From NCBI RefSeq assembly GCF_004010195.1, contig NC_057728.1, forward strand, positions 42,575,484 to 42,639,483: a DNA stretch of 64,000 nt. The letters are read 5' to 3'. The stretch is from Chiloscyllium plagiosum. Its lineage: Eukaryota. Each line of letters opens with the position of its first letter. Position 1 is the stretch's first letter. Under the pieces are notes generated by a model, which ran no database searches, was not told where the DNA came from, and worked only from the letters and a program-made list of their open reading frames with translations. The position numbers and the translations under genes were made by a program. Positions 36,245 to 50,100 of the stretch are shown piece by piece.

Positions 36245-39200
36245 GTAGGAGCACTTTAACCTTTTTATTCCTCCTTTAAACAGAATGTACAAAATGGCAA
36301 ATAAAAATTCTAGATTTCTTTATATACTGAAATTGAAAAAATTGGTTGAGCTTGTAAATTCAAGTTAGAAGCTCATAGTAATAGGTTATGTAGTTTCTCT
36401 ACTACATTCTCTAGTATACTTATTAAGAAAATAAGCTTTATGTTTCCACCTTGTTGCTGTTCCCTGTATTATCCCACCATGACCTATACTCCTCCCGACC
36501 ACTTAGTCATCACTAAACCTCTTGTTGAATATCCAAGATTATGATATCTATTTGATTGATACGATCATCATTATTTAAGCTTGGCCAATGGAGGATATTT
36601 CCCTGCCAATTTTCAGCTTGCTTAACTGAGGTGCTCCAGCAATGCTTGATACTCTACCTAACAGCCTGACTGGAAGTAGATAGGCAAAGTTGATGTCAGT
36701 CTGTGATATTTTAGTTAGAAAACCCACAGACCCCAACTGCTGCTATTTGGAAAGTTCCAATCTAATGTTTCTCTTGGGAGAGCTGCACTAATTAAAGTAA
36801 CTGGTGAAGTAAAATTCGAACTTGAAAAATGTAATAAGTTGCTACAAATAGAAACATATGGCATATATTTATTCAAAAGTATCAACTTTTATTTTGTGAC
36901 TATTTTAAGTGGAGACTTTCCAATTTGATGGTTTTGGATTTGATTCAAAATATACAATTCAGATCATCAGTGAATCTTTTTATCCATTCATTCAAGTGTT
37001 AGGAAAAAAAACTTAAATCAATGCAATGGACGGAATTGGGAATTTAATCAGGAACAACAGCATCCTGAAGCAAAACTTAATGAATATCACTAGATCTCCC
37101 ATCCTTAGATTAGTGAAATAATTATTGACATGAATTTTGATGTCAATGATTCCAATGTAAATTATGCAGTCTTAATACAAACAATATCATATTACATTCT
37201 TCTTTTGGGCAAAAACGTACTGATCACAACAAACAAAAACTCTAATATGGGATTTTTTATTTGAAGATATAACTATTTACAGATAAAGTTCATAGAAGCT
37301 AGGTGTAGTACATCTTACTCCGATACTGTTGCTTCAGACTGCCAAACAAGTCATGGAGCTAACGCATGATATTCTGTTGAATTGGTTAATCATTAACAGT
37401 GGTTTAAGATATGCACGAAGGTACACATTATGATAGCAATATCCAACATCCTGGTACTGCAGTAGCTGAATGGCAACAATCTTGGCTTTGTGTTTTTCTT
37501 AATTAAAAACCATAATGTTTGTCAAGCCTATCTAACTGCTGCCTCTTCTCTATAGTCTATCCTTTGCTTGTTAACATCCTTTGCCTCATGATTCTGATCT
37601 CAGCTAAATATTTCCCATCTTCTCCACTAAAGGCATCTCCAAATGTCTCTTTTAGCCATTAAAGCTTTCTTCAAATGTACTTTTTCTCCTAAATAACTCT
37701 CAGTTGAAGTCTCCAAAATGAGGTGACAGAATAGGGAACCCAATTCTTCCATTGCTGTCTGTCCAAAGCAAGACATCTGTACAACAAATTACAAATCTAA
37801 CCCTTCCTTCAAAACCAAGTTTACATCCAGCTCTGGATTTTTGTGAAGTCATGGAGACTCCATGTCTTAGTCAAAATATCAATGGGTAGAATCAGAAGTC
37901 CCACCTCCCTTTCTGACAGACTCAAGATTTGTCTGTTGAGGAACAAGGATGGGATATCATTCACACACAAAGGAACTCAAATCCAGTGGGGCCATTTGAT
38001 CTCAGTGCTGATTATAAAAAGACTCAAATTTTTGAGAGCAAGTTCCACATATTACAGTTTACAGTTTTTAAGAATAAACATGAATATGTGCATAATATAG
38101 AACTGTCAAGTTATTAAAATAACCTGCCCTTTAAATTTGAGATTAAAAACACCTACTTGTTTCTGTGAGTTGAAACTGCAAGCACAGTGTTTTTCAATAG
38201 ATGTGTTTTGACAAGATCCCAGTGCTATTACTAGAGCATTACTACTACTTGACTGCTTCCACAACCGATTATTATTACTGCTTGGGAGGCTGTAATTCAA
38301 AGTTTGATTGACAGTTCTAAGAGTTTGCTATAGGATTGTGTGACTTTTGATATGCAGTTATAAATGCACTTGAAAAGATTAAGAACACTAGAGGATTTAA
38401 ATGTATTGAATAGGCTTTAATGAATAAGAATGTTTGTTCATATAGTGAAGTCTGTAACGTATACTTTGAACTTTATTTTGTTTCATCTCAGCATTGTTCC
38501 TGATGCCTGCCCATGGTGGATACAGAGTGAGTGTTCAAGTAGGGTGTGAGGGGATTTTGTAGCCCCTGTAGTTACCTCAGATCTACATTCTGAGTTGGTG
38601 AGCCCATACCCACAGAATGGAGATTCCACCGTTCATAACACTATTTCCCTGAGGTGCATGTGGCAAGACAGGAAATCTCCTGATTCTGTCTACCTGCCTC
38701 AGAAATGAAAATGCAAACTCTTCTCACTATAGTCCACTTTACACCTTGTGTAAATAATATGAAATGCAGAACTTAAGTTTACATTTCATAACTGTGACAC
38801 TGTGTTAGACTTTGCAAAATGTATTTTTTACTTCACCAACAATTTAGGGCTACTTTTCTAGATGGACCTTGACTCACTGATACCTATGACCATGCCAAGG
38901 ATGAACTCCTGCAGTTTTTGCAGTAATAGATTCAAAGTGTCATCAGATATAGAATGTTGCCCTGCTCTAACACGATTAGATCTTTAGTTAAATGCATTGA
39001 ATGAAAAGTGTAATTATATGTGGAACAGCATTCTCTTTCTCATGTTACAGTTATGTCTCTATCTAATTTAGCATTGATTCCCGTAACATCCTAGCTTTTT
39101 CTTGATTATTGAAACAAATGCAATTGTTATTTATGTGTTTCTTCCAATGGTTTGGCTTCTATTGCTTCCTTAAAGCAGCAAAGCTTTGCAACTAAATACC

Positions 39201-39362
39201 ACAGCAATGTCGCAAGTATTTAGAACAAACTATCAAGCTTTTGCAATCTTATTTAAACCAGAAAATAATCTTATTAAGTATTACTTAATCTCCATAATTG
39301 ATTAATACTTCCGTTTTATATACTTTTGACACATACATTTTATTCAAAATGATTTCTTCCAG

Positions 39363-39456
39363 TGCCCTTTTAATATAACACAGCCAAGTTGTGGATTTCT
39401 GGGAATGCCTATCCAAATAAACAAAGACAGGTGTTGTCCACAGTGGGAGTGTCCCT
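39363..39456 (+). CDS. OTOGL: OTOGL exon: CPFNITQPSCGFLGMPIQINKDRCCPQWECP
   Basis: Acceptor ttcttccag|TGC, donor CCCT|gtgagt, phase 0-1. CG..G.P..IN.D.CCP.WECPC motif preceding the VWD domain. Confidence 0.88.
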
Positions 39457-40479
39457 GTGAGTATTGGTTTCATGTTTCTGCTGAACTGTGTTATGTGAAC
39501 AGTTAATGTAGTTATTCTTCTGATAAAATGAAATTGTCACACAGAATAAAGCAGAAAAGTGGAATTACACAAATTGGATATAAAACTAATAAGTACATTT
39601 GCTGCTAACATTGTTTTCACTTGTCCGCTCCACTTTTCGGATTATACAACTCTGATTTTGATTTCCGCTTGTGTTCTTTTCTCTGTCTTGTTTCTTTTCC
39701 CAACTCTTACTTTTTCTTTTGTTCTATTTCCAATCTATTCTATCTTAAGCATGTACCTGTTTTTGTATTATTTAAAACAACCGTCTGGTCCTTTATAGAT
39801 TTCAGTCAATAGATATTTTTGAGCTTGGCATAGCACTGAGTTTTTCTTCCATTACTTTTGTCTCCAGACCCATTTCTTCTATTAGGAGTCTTTCGCTGCA
39901 CAGTTGACCCTTTGTCATGTTTACAGATTTCCCAGCTGCATTCTTACTCAGTCTCTTACTCTCTCTATATAAGAAGATCAGAACATAAGAACATAAGAAA
40001 TAAGAACGAGATTCGGCCATTTGGTCCTTGTGAAAGAATTTTAGTGATCTTTACCTGAAATTCATCCTCTGACATTATTCCTATACCACTTAATTCCCCG
40101 GTACCTGAAAGTATCTAAGAATCTTTATCTTGAATATGTTCAATACTGATCATCGACAGTAATAGAAAATTCCAAAGAATGTTTAGAAGAAGAACAACCC
40201 TTTGGGTGAAGAACTTCCTGTTTAACTCACTGCAGTCTATGTCTATCTGAATTTGTAGCATTTCATTATCTCTGATCCAGTCCTAACATTCCCATTAAAT
40301 AATAAGGGTACTACTATTCCTGTTCGGCAAACAAACACTTATGTTGCAGAAGTTGAATGCCAATGACCAGACCGTAAAACATTAAGCCATCATTCATAAG
40401 ACTGACATGTATATCATTTCTGGGGATCTTTCTGCTGTAGCCTCTATATTAAAAGTCTGTCAATCCTGTATAGTTCCCT

Positions 40480-41215
40480 TTTACCTCCTTCCCGAGATCC
40501 ATGAATACTGCCCTGGTAGTCACATCATTTCAGTTTGTTCTTCACTTTTCCCCTCCTCGTCCAGACGTATCCTGACTACAAAACTGACATGTCCACTACT
40601 TTAAGTGTTTCCAATTTCTTGGCCTTAACCAGCCTCCTTTCACCATAGATATCCAATCCTTTAATGTGCCTCTTTCCATCATTAGGCTGCATGAGACTTC
40701 TCATTTCTTCCTTTCCCATAATCAGTCTCCATCCACCACCAACTCTGTTACCAGGTTGAACCTGTTCTCATAATGAAAACATTTTCTTTGACTCCACTCA
40801 CTTTTTCTCAATAAACCATGTTGCCATGGGAACATGTATAGGTCCAAAGCCATGCATGTATTTTCTTGGGATATTTGGAATACTTATTTTTCCAGCCTTC
40901 TCAGGTTTTTTTCCTTTACTCCTTTCTCTCATGCATTCATGTCTACATCAATATCTCTTCCTGCTCTCACTCTGAATTGGAATATTCAAACAACTTAACT
41001 TCCAATTCTTATCCTTATGTTTACATGATCCATCTTTGCCATTTTCCTTGCGTTCCTTGGTTTCACCGTTTCCATTTCTGGAGAGGTCATCAATCACCAT
41101 TTACTATAAACCCACTGACACCTGTAGCTATCTTGCCTACATGCCTGCCTATTCCATCTTTGAGATGCAATGCAGCAACTTGCATTGGCTTCTTCAACAT
41201 CATCACCCTGTGAAC
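40480..41215 (+). mobile_element. Highly decayed Penelope-like RT fragment
   Basis: gttgccatgggaacatgtataggtcca (VAMGTCIGP, like VAMGTRMGP) and IYYKPTDTCSYLAY in ORF 41036. Confidence 0.6.
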
Positions 41216-41229
41216 GCTATCACATTGAA

Positions 41230-41500
41230 CAAAATGGCAACATGTGCATGGGAACAGCATCAGCTCCTTACTTCACCTGGAAGTTGCACACCATCCTAAC
41301 TTGGAATTGCATCGGCATTCCTTCATTATTACTGAGTCAAAATTGTAGAATTCCCTTCTTAGTAGCACTATGTGTGTCTTTTCATAACACAATCTAGAAC
41401 AGATTAAGAAGACAGCTCACCATTGCCTTCTCAAGGGCAATTAGAGATAGCTAATAACTACAGGTCTTGTTAATAATGCCTAAATCCTATAAATTAATAA
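41230..41500 (+). mobile_element. 3' tail of the same LINE family as 10795-13725
   Basis: ccttctcaagggcaattagagat is the reverse complement counterpart of 10845-10870. Another tail piece lies at ~3880-4000 on the minus strand. Confidence 0.65.
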
Positions 41501-41673
41501 AAATACTAGACTTAAAAATCTGTATTTGGGGACGGCTTCAAATTGCTTTGGTAACGGTACCTACAATTGTAAGAACAGAATGGAATTGGAAAATTACCAT
41601 CAGATTACTTAAGCACATCCAAACTATTGGTCATATTTGTCTGTAGTTGATAGTCACTATGTATGATTTTAAA

Positions 41674-41880
41674 ATCATAGAAATGTACAGCACAGAACAT
41701 ACTCTTCAGTCCAACTCATCCAGGCCAAACAGATATCCTAATTTAGTCCCATTTGCCAGGATTTGGTACATATTCTGCTAAACCCTTCCTATTCATATAT
41801 CTGTCCAGATGCCTTTTAAATGTTGTAATTGTACCAGCCTCCACCACCTCCTCTGGCAGCTCATTCCATACACACAGCAC
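41674..41880 (-). mobile_element. CR1 LINE 3' tail fragment
   Basis: Reverse complement counterpart of 15030-15245. Confidence 0.7.
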
Positions 41881-42878
41881 CCTGATATTATATACTCAAG
41901 AGTTTAATAATTATCCTATTTTGCCTTTACCTCCCATATATTGATGCTGACCTTGACAAAATATTATCCGCCAATGGTAGGAAATGTCTGCAATGATTTT
42001 TATATCATTTGTTTCTGTGCAAAATGTCATGTATTGAGAAGATTTCTTCTGGCTGATTTTTATTATCAAGTACAGATTTGAAATTAATCATTATTTTCTT
42101 ATTCAACAGCAGCAAGTCTGTAATTGAGTAACATTTTAAGCAAAAAGACTCAATGCTATTCATTATTTAGAACAAAGTAGTTGGAATTTTGTGCTCCATT
42201 TGATTGTGGAGTTGCCATCTTTAAAGTTGGGATAAACATATATTTGGTCTCTCAAGGAATTAAGGGATAGGGGGAGCAGACAGGGATCTGGAATCAAAGC
42301 CCAAGGTCAGCTATGACATTATTAAATGTTGCAGCCCACTCAATGGAGCATATGGTCTACCATTGCTGCTATTTCTTGTGCTCTTTTGTGGTAAGAGTTC
42401 ATGCAAACCTTTATCCACAAGAGGTTTCAAAACAACATTTATCATTGTAAATTTTCCTCTGGGGCTCCCTGGTGAGCTGCACCTTCCAGAGGATAGACAC
42501 CATGAATTTCCTGCTTTGGCGTAACTTCTGTTTGCAGGTGCTGACCTTCCATCCACCTGGGCATCTGCTGAAAAGAAAAGCAGTAAACTAGAAATGCAGC
42601 CATGAGACCTGGAACTGCCCTCTTGGCCAACAGAATCATCGGATTCTGGCTGTTCACTAAGAGTCCTGAAACCCTGATGCTAACTCTTCGCAGGAGGTGA
42701 CGTACCACCAGGGTTTGATCTTTGCCGCCTTTTCAATCTCTAACCTTCTGCGACAAATGATACAGAGGATCTGACTCAGGCTGAAATGTTTAGTTCTTTC
42801 AGCCATCCCAGGATTGGAGTGCCTGTCCAATGATCATACAAGAAGTGAAGTCAAAGATTGGTGTCTTCTTTACTTATG

Positions 42879-43296
42879 GTAAAAACGAGGACTGCTGGAA
42901 ACCCAAGTCTGGATTAGAGTGGTGCTGGAAAAGCACAGCAGGTCAGGCAGCATCCAAGGAGAAGGAAAACCAACATTTCGGGCAAAAGCCCTTCATCAGG
43001 AATAGAGGCAGGGAGCCTGTAGGGTGGAGAGATAAATGAGGCGGGTGTGGGGATAGGGAGAAAGTAGCATAGAGTACAATAGGTGAATGGGGGTGGGGAT
43101 GAGGTGATAGGTCAGGGAGGAGGATGGAGTGGATAGGTGGAAAGGAAGATAGGCAAGTAGGACAGGTCATGGGGACAGTGCTGAGCTGGAAGGTTGAAAC
43201 TGGGGTAAGGTGGGGGGAGGGGAAATGAAGAAACTGATGAAGTCCACATTGATGCCCTGGGGTTAAAGTGTTCCGAGGTGGAAGATGAGGCATTCA
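42879..43296 (-). mobile_element. 5'-truncated Neptune-type Penelope element with 15-bp TSD
   Basis: Homologous to 50230-50645. Flanks tcttctttacttatg (42864-42878) and tcttctttacctatg (43297-43311). Hammerhead boxes at ~42976-42999 on the minus strand. Confidence 0.85.
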
Positions 43297-43574
43297 TCTT
43301 CTTTACCTATGTCAGGTCAGATCCAGAGCATACTCCAGGTGCAGGACAACAGTACCAGAAATACTGGGAAAGTGCAATATGGGTAGACATTTGATATAAC
43401 AGATCGTCAACCGTTTCCTTTCTGAAAATGGGGACACAGTTTTCCACAAGCACCAGGAGAAAGAAAATCCTCTATTTGTATGAAAAAAATGTATAGGATG
43501 CTAAACATGCACTGTATTTTTCTGATTTTTTTATCACAGAATAGTTTTAAGCCAATTAATGTTTGCCTTTTTAG

Positions 43575-43717
43575 GCCGCTGCTCCATGTTTTCTGACCTG
43601 CATATCATTACATTTGATGGCAATGATGTGGGAGTTTATGATGCTGCAGCCTATGTACTGACTTTATTGCCAGACGAAACTATTGTTGGTCATATTGAAC
43701 AATGTCCTACCCGTGAG
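43575..43717 (+). CDS. OTOGL: OTOGL exon, VWD start: CRCSMFSDLHIITFDGNDVGVYDAAAYVLTLLPDETIVGHIEQCPTRE
   Basis: Acceptor tttag|GC, donor GAG|gtaaca, phase 1-0. VWD ITFDG motif. Confidence 0.92.
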
Positions 43718-43976
43718 GTAACAGTAAACATTTTCTAAACATACAACTAAATTATTACTGAATGAAAAGAGTAAGATGTTCATTTAAAAGGCAATATATT
43801 AAGTTACGTCAGTAACATAAATCATTATTAAGCATTGAATATATTCATTTTAAATATCTGTGTCAGTATTAAGGAATAATATTTGAGTTATATTTTATCA
43901 TCTATGAAAATTATGCACCAAATATAATAGTACGTAAGATGAAATGTTTCTGAAAATGCTGTTTTATTAATTACAG

Positions 43977-44000
43977 AGTGCGAATTCTATAAGGCGTCCT
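43977..44000 (+). CDS. OTOGL: OTOGL 24-nt micro-exon: SANSIRRP
   Basis: Acceptor ttacag|AGT, donor CCT|gtaagt, phase 0-0. Fills the position of the short linker I recall in mammalian OTOGL between IEKC and GLCFKKLN. Confidence 0.75.
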
Positions 44001-44120
44001 GTAAGTACATGACAATTAATTCTGTTAAATTTTAACACTAATCCTTTCAAAGCAGTACTTAATGTATGATGTTTGTTTTCATGACTATACTTACCAGTTA
44101 TCATTGCTTTTGCCATTAAG

Positions 44121-44210
44121 GTGCCAGGAGGAAATTCTGGATTGTGCTTTAAAAAGTTGAATATAACTTCACGTAACTACAAAGTTCTCATTGATCGATT
44201 GGAAAGATTG
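44121..44210 (+). CDS. OTOGL: OTOGL exon: VPGGNSGLCFKKLNITSRNYKVLIDRLERL
   Basis: Acceptor ttaag|GTG, donor TTG|gtgagt, phase 0-0. Confidence 0.9.
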
Positions 44211-45363
44211 GTGAGTGTAATGGCAATAACATTTGTGCATATATGGCTGCTAATATTTTTTGCATTTCATTTTTAAACCTACTGATGTTATTATTAATTA
44301 GTCATGCAAGAACTGATATTGAATGATAATCATCTATATAAATTAGAGATTTATTTTCACCATTGCATTTTCTACACTTGATATTTTCATGACTTCCATC
44401 TCATGTAGTATGATAGCCAGACAATACCCACAGTGTTTTTAATTCTTTTGTATTTATCATTATTTATTTTAAATCTGTATCTTCTAATAATTCATTTGAT
44501 TCATACAGTTAATTATGGTACATGATAATTATAGCAAAACACTGTAACAGTACATAAATATTTGCATTTATCCTTTTTCTCAAGTAGTCAGCTTAGAAAT
44601 AATTTGTGTTAGAGACTATGAGCTGGGAATAATTCCTGCACCTGAATGGAAAGGTGTCAGATGCATCTGACATCGGGTGACTTTAAATAGCATGCTGATG
44701 AAAAAGCTGGGAAATTCAGGAGGAAGTTGGTTGAGAAAGAAATCAATAGGAAGGAGAATAATTGGCAAAGGAAGACACCTCCTGAGCAAAATAGAGGAAG
44801 GCATTTGTGGAGAAGAGCAATTAGAAAGAAGATGATGGAAGGAAAATGACTGGGAAAAGAGCAAATTCGCATGAGGTGTTAGAGGTTAAGATTCAAATTG
44901 AGGGATGATCTGGCAACTGCGAGGGTGTGTAGAAGAGGAGCAATCATTCTAGCTACAAGACAACTGACCGATTGAAGGCTGTGGTTTAGCAATAATTTGT
45001 TATTAACCTGAGAGAAGCATTGCAGACCATGGGACCATTCCTCTGTAATGAGTTTTATCTAAGCTATGAAGTCTTAAATTCTTTGCCAGTTTCATGGAAC
45101 ATTGTACAGTAATGCTGTAGCTGATTCCTGGTGAGCCACAGCAAGCAGTGCTCCTAATTTGTCATTTTTGCTTGGAAATAATCTGAAAGGTTAGTACCTT
45201 CATGTTATGATTTCTGTTTATGAATCTAAACATAGACTGGTAGGGCATGTTATTGTTGTTCAAAATATATTTATTGTAAATCAATTCCTCATGAAACATT
45301 AACTGTTCAACTTGTGAAGGTCATTGTACGGCAAGATTTCAGTTGCATTTATTTTCTCTGCAG

Positions 45364-45553
45364 ACAACAGTAAACACAAGACCTGCTCGACTTCCGTTCA
45401 CAAAACTAGGCTTCCATATACAGGATACTGGAGCAATGTATCTGATCACAACTCCTGCTGGAGTTACAATTCAATGGTATCGCAGTACAGGCATCATTGT
45501 GTTAGAATTTGGTTTGCCCTCCAACAGAACTGTGGGAACTAAAGGCTTGTGTG
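45364..45553 (+). CDS. OTOGL: OTOGL exon, VWD: TTVNTRPARLPFTKLGFHIQDTGAMYLITTPAG...TKGLCG
   Basis: Acceptor ctgcag|ACA, donor TGTG|gtaagt, phase 0-1. VWD GLCG motif. Overlaps ORF 45343..45561. Confidence 0.93.
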
Positions 45554-46084
45554 GTAAGTGAACTGTAGATGTGAGTTGTTCTCAAAGTTTTCCTGTCACC
45601 TGTAATTTGAGTTAATACCCATTTATCATTTCAGTCTTAATTGCAGTTATGAAGTTCTAATAGATATTTCTTTCATCTTCAGTTCTGGTTGTTTGCTGTC
45701 TTCAAGTGGAAGTGTGACACAACAATTTTTAACAAATTTAATTTAGAAAAGACATGAAACATCCATTCAAACTAACGTATCTCTCATGCCACACCAATGT
45801 CAACCCATGTTTCCCCCTTACCTTGGCATAATCCCACACAGCCTATTTAGCTCCTCAAGCTTCTCTATGCCTCTCACCAGCCCCACAAAGCCTCTCATAG
45901 TCGCCATGCCATTCTATGCTTCTCTGCCCGACTTTATAAACCCTCAAAAAAACATCATATCAATTTATGCACTTTCATCCATACCTCATTGGCCCTATAC
46001 AGACCCCAAATCAATCTATTTGCATCAAAATGTATATAACCCTGGATCGGACCTAAATTCAAAAAGTGATTGTATGCAGAAACA

Positions 46085-46570
46085 GGTTTGAGCCCACTGA
46101 TCTAAATCATCAATATATAACAGGAAAAGGAAGGGTCCCAATACAGACCCTAAGAAATTCCAATACAATCTTTTCTCCAGCTTGAAAAGTATCCATTGAC
46201 CATTTCACTTAGTTTCCTATACTCAGCTAATTTTGTATCCATATGGCTTCTGTTCCTTTTATTCCATGTGTTATAACTTTTCTCATAAGTGTTGTGTGGC
46301 ATTGTATTGAATGCCAATTGAAAGTTTATGCACATCACCTCAGCCACATTATTTTCATGAAACATTTCTGTTACTTCTTCAAAAAACTCCAGTGAGTTAT
46401 TCAAATTCTATTTTCCCTTTAGAAAATCATGCTCTTCTTAATCAACACATTTTGTTTCCATGCGACCACTAATTCCATCCAAAATAATTGTTTCTCGAAG
46501 CATGCCCATGACTGAATTGAAACTGACCGGTCTGTAATTGCTGGACTTGTTCTTACAAGCGTTTTTGAAC
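46085..46570 (-). mobile_element. CR1 RT fragment
   Basis: ORF 46150..46404 (NSLEFFEEVT...INFQLAFNTMPH). Confidence 0.7.
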
Positions 46571-47125
46571 ATATATGTATTGGATCTACAAATAAAAAAG
46601 GATTTGATTTCTTATGCCATGTATGTATGTAATATGTGTGTAATATAGTGTTGATGCTGAAATATTTAAGGATACAGAAAAGTGCATTACAAAAGTCCAA
46701 TGTGTTGATAATGGCAAGACAAGATAGTAATGTTGATGTTTGTCAAGATGTCACAATGGACAATTTATTCTGTGGCACTGTTTATTTCCTCCTGTTAAAC
46801 TGGAACCAGGACAAGGAAATATTATTCTGTCACTTTTAGGATGTTTACAATTGTTAGCACTTCTTTAAGAATTTAGATTGTGGATCAGCCCTGATGTCAT
46901 TTAAATTTTGAAACAGGCTCGATGGAATAAATGGTCTGCTCTCATTCTCGTGCTTCCATTGCCCATTTACAATTAGAACTTCATTAATGTAGTGCTTAAA
47001 GGGATCACAATACTTGTAGATAAAGAATTTAAATTGAAATTCATTCCTATAGAAAACATATACTTTAATTAATAGATGTGAAACTTCTTGATTTAAACTA
47101 ATACTGCATTTTAAAAATATAGTCA

Positions 47126-50100
47126 AGAGTGTGGTGCTGGAAAAACACAGCAGGTCAGGCAGCATCCGAGGAACAGGAGAAAAGATGTTTCGGGCAAAAG
47201 CCCTTCATCAATAGACAATAGGTGCAGGAGTAGGCCATTCAGCCCTTCGAGCCTGCACCGCCATTCAATATAATCATGGCTGATCATTCCTAATCAGTAT
47301 CCTGTTCCTGCCTTATCTCCATAACCCTTGATTCCACTATCTTTGAGAGCTCTATCCAACTCTTTCTTAAATGAATCCAGAGAGTGGGCCTCCACTGGCT
47401 GGGCCTCCACTGCCCTCTGGGACAGAGCATTCCACACAGCCACCACTCTCTGGGTGAAGAAGTTTCTCCTGAGCTCTGTCCTAAATGGTCTACACCGTAT
47501 TTTTAAGCTGTGTCCTCTGGTTCGGCACTCACACATCAGTGAAATATGTTTCCTACTGCCAGAGTGTCAAATCCTTTCATAATCTTATACGTCTCAATCA
47601 AACCCCACTCAGTCTTCTAAACTCAAGGGTATACAAGCCCAGTCACTTCAGTCTTTCAGTGTAAGGTAATCCTGCCATTCCAGGAATTGACCTCAATAGC
47701 CAGAATGTCTTTTCTCAAAGTTGGAGACCAGAACTGCACACAGTAATCCAGGTGTGGTCTCACCAGGGCCCTGTACAACTGCAGAAGCACCTCTTTGCTT
47801 CTATACCTAATCCCTCTTGTTATGGAGGCCATCATGCTATTAGCCTTCTTCACTACCTGCTGTACCAGCATGCTTGCCTTCATTGACTGGTGAANNNNNN
47901 NNNNNNNNNNNNNNNNNNNNNNNNNNNNNNNNNNNNNNNNNNNNNNNNNNNNNNNNNNNNNNNNNNNNNNNNNNNNNNNNNNNNNNNNNNNNNNNNNNNN
48001 NNNNNNNNNNNNNNNNNNNNNNNNNNNNNNNNNNNNNNNNNNNNNNNNNNNNNNNNNNNNNNNNNNNNNNNNNNNNNNNNNNNNNNNNNNNNNNNNNNNN
48101 NNNNNNNNNNNNNNNNNNNNNNNNNNNNNNNNNNNNNNNNNNNNNNNNNNNNNNNNNNNNNNNNNNNNNNNNNNNNNNNNNNNNNNNNNNNNNNNNNNNN
48201 NNNNNNNNNNNNNNNNNNNNNNCCTATCCTGTTACTACTATCCAGGTGTGTCGTAATTTCATCCTTTATAATAGACTCCAGCATCTTTCCCACCACTGAG
48301 GTCAGACTAACTGGTCTATAATTTCCTGCTTTCTCTCTCCCACCTTTCTTAAAAAGTGGTACAACATTAGCCACTCTCCAATCCGCAGGAACTGATCCCG
48401 ATTCTATCGAACTCTGGAAAATAATCACCAACGCACCTACCATTTCTCGGGCCACCTCCTTCAGTACCCTGGGATGTAGACCATCAGGTCCCGGGAACTT
48501 ATTAACCTTCAGACCTAGCAGTCTCTCCAACACCAATTCCTGGCAAATATAAATTCCCTTAAGTTCAGGTCCTTCAGCCACTGTTACCTCAGGGAGATTG
48601 CTTGTGTCTTCCCCAGTGAACACAGATCTGAAGTACCCATTCAATTCTTCTGCCATTTCTTTGTTCTTTCCTTCTTAGTAATCCTCTGTTGCTCTTTAAA
48701 AGCTTCCCAGTCCTCAGTTTTCCCACTTATCTTAGCTATGTTATACTTTTTCTCTTTTAACTTTATATGTTTATTTACTTCCCTCGTCAGCCACGGCCGC
48801 CCATGCCTCCTCCTGGGATCTTTCTTCCTTTTAGGAATGAACTGATCCTGCAACTTCTGCATTATACACAGAAATATCCGCCATTGTTCCCCCACGGTCA
48901 TCCCTGCTAAGGTATTGCACCATTGAACTTTGGCCAGCTCTTCCCTCATAGCTCCATAGTTCCCTTTATTCAACAGAAGTACTGTCACTTCCGACTGTAC
49001 CCTCTCCCTCTCAAATTGCAGATTGAAGCTTATTGTATTATAGTCACTACTTCCCAATGGCTCCTTCACTTCGAGGTCTCTGACCAATTCTGGTTCGTTA
49101 CACAATCAGGAATGAGGCTGTGAGCCTAGGGGGTGGAGAGATAAATGGGAGGTGGGTGGGACTGGGGAGAAAGTAGCTGGGAGTGCAATAGGTAGATGGA
49201 GGTGGGGGTAAAGGTCAGAGAGGAGGGTGGAGTGGAGAGTTGGGAAGGAAGGTGGACAAGTAGGACAGGTCATCATGGGTGGTGCCGAGTTGGAAGTTTG
49301 GAACTGAGATAAGGTGGGGGGAGCAGAAATGAGGAAACTGGTGAAATCCACATTGATGCCGTGTGATTGGAGAGTCCTGAGGCAGAAGATGAGGTGTTCT
49401 TCCTCCAGGTATCAGGTGATTAGGGAGTGGCGATGGAGGAGGCCCAGGACCTGCATGTCCTTGGCAGGGTAGAGGGGGAGTTAAAGTGTTCAGCCACGGG
49501 ACGGTGGGGTTGTTTGGTGTGGGTGGCCCAGAGATGTTCTCTGAAGCACCGTGCAAGTAGACAGAGAAGACACCAGATGCCACCCTTCTTCAAAGGCCAC
49601 AATTTCCCCTCCCACATGGTTGATGATGCCCTCCAGCGCGTTTCATCCACTTCCGGCACCTCCGCCCTCAAACCCCACTCCTCCAACTGCAACAAGGACA
49701 GAACTTCCCCTGGTCCTTACCTTCCACCCCACAAACCTCTGGATACATTGCATCATCCTCTGCCATTTCTGCCACATACAAATGGACCCCACCACCACAG
49801 ATATGTTTCCCTCCCCACCCCCTCCCGCTTTCTGTAAAGACAATTCCCTCCATGACTCCTTTGAAAGTACCATGCCCCCACCCTCCGCTCCTGGCTCCTT
49901 CCCTTGCCACCACAAGAATTGCAAAACCTATGCCCACTCCACCTCTATTCAAGACCCAAAAGGAGCCTTCCACATCCAGCAGAGTTATACCTGCACTTCC
50001 ACACATGTCATTTACTGCATCCAATGTAGAGGATGGGGTCTCCTCTACATTGGGGAGACAGGATGCCTACTTGCAGAGTGCTTCAGAGAACATCTCCAGG

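Noticed and set aside
38492..38527. Candidate small exon (tcatctcag ... gtgagt) for the missing Cys segment
   Set aside because: The phase-0 frame required by the neighbouring exons contains TGA, and no frame resembles otogelin.
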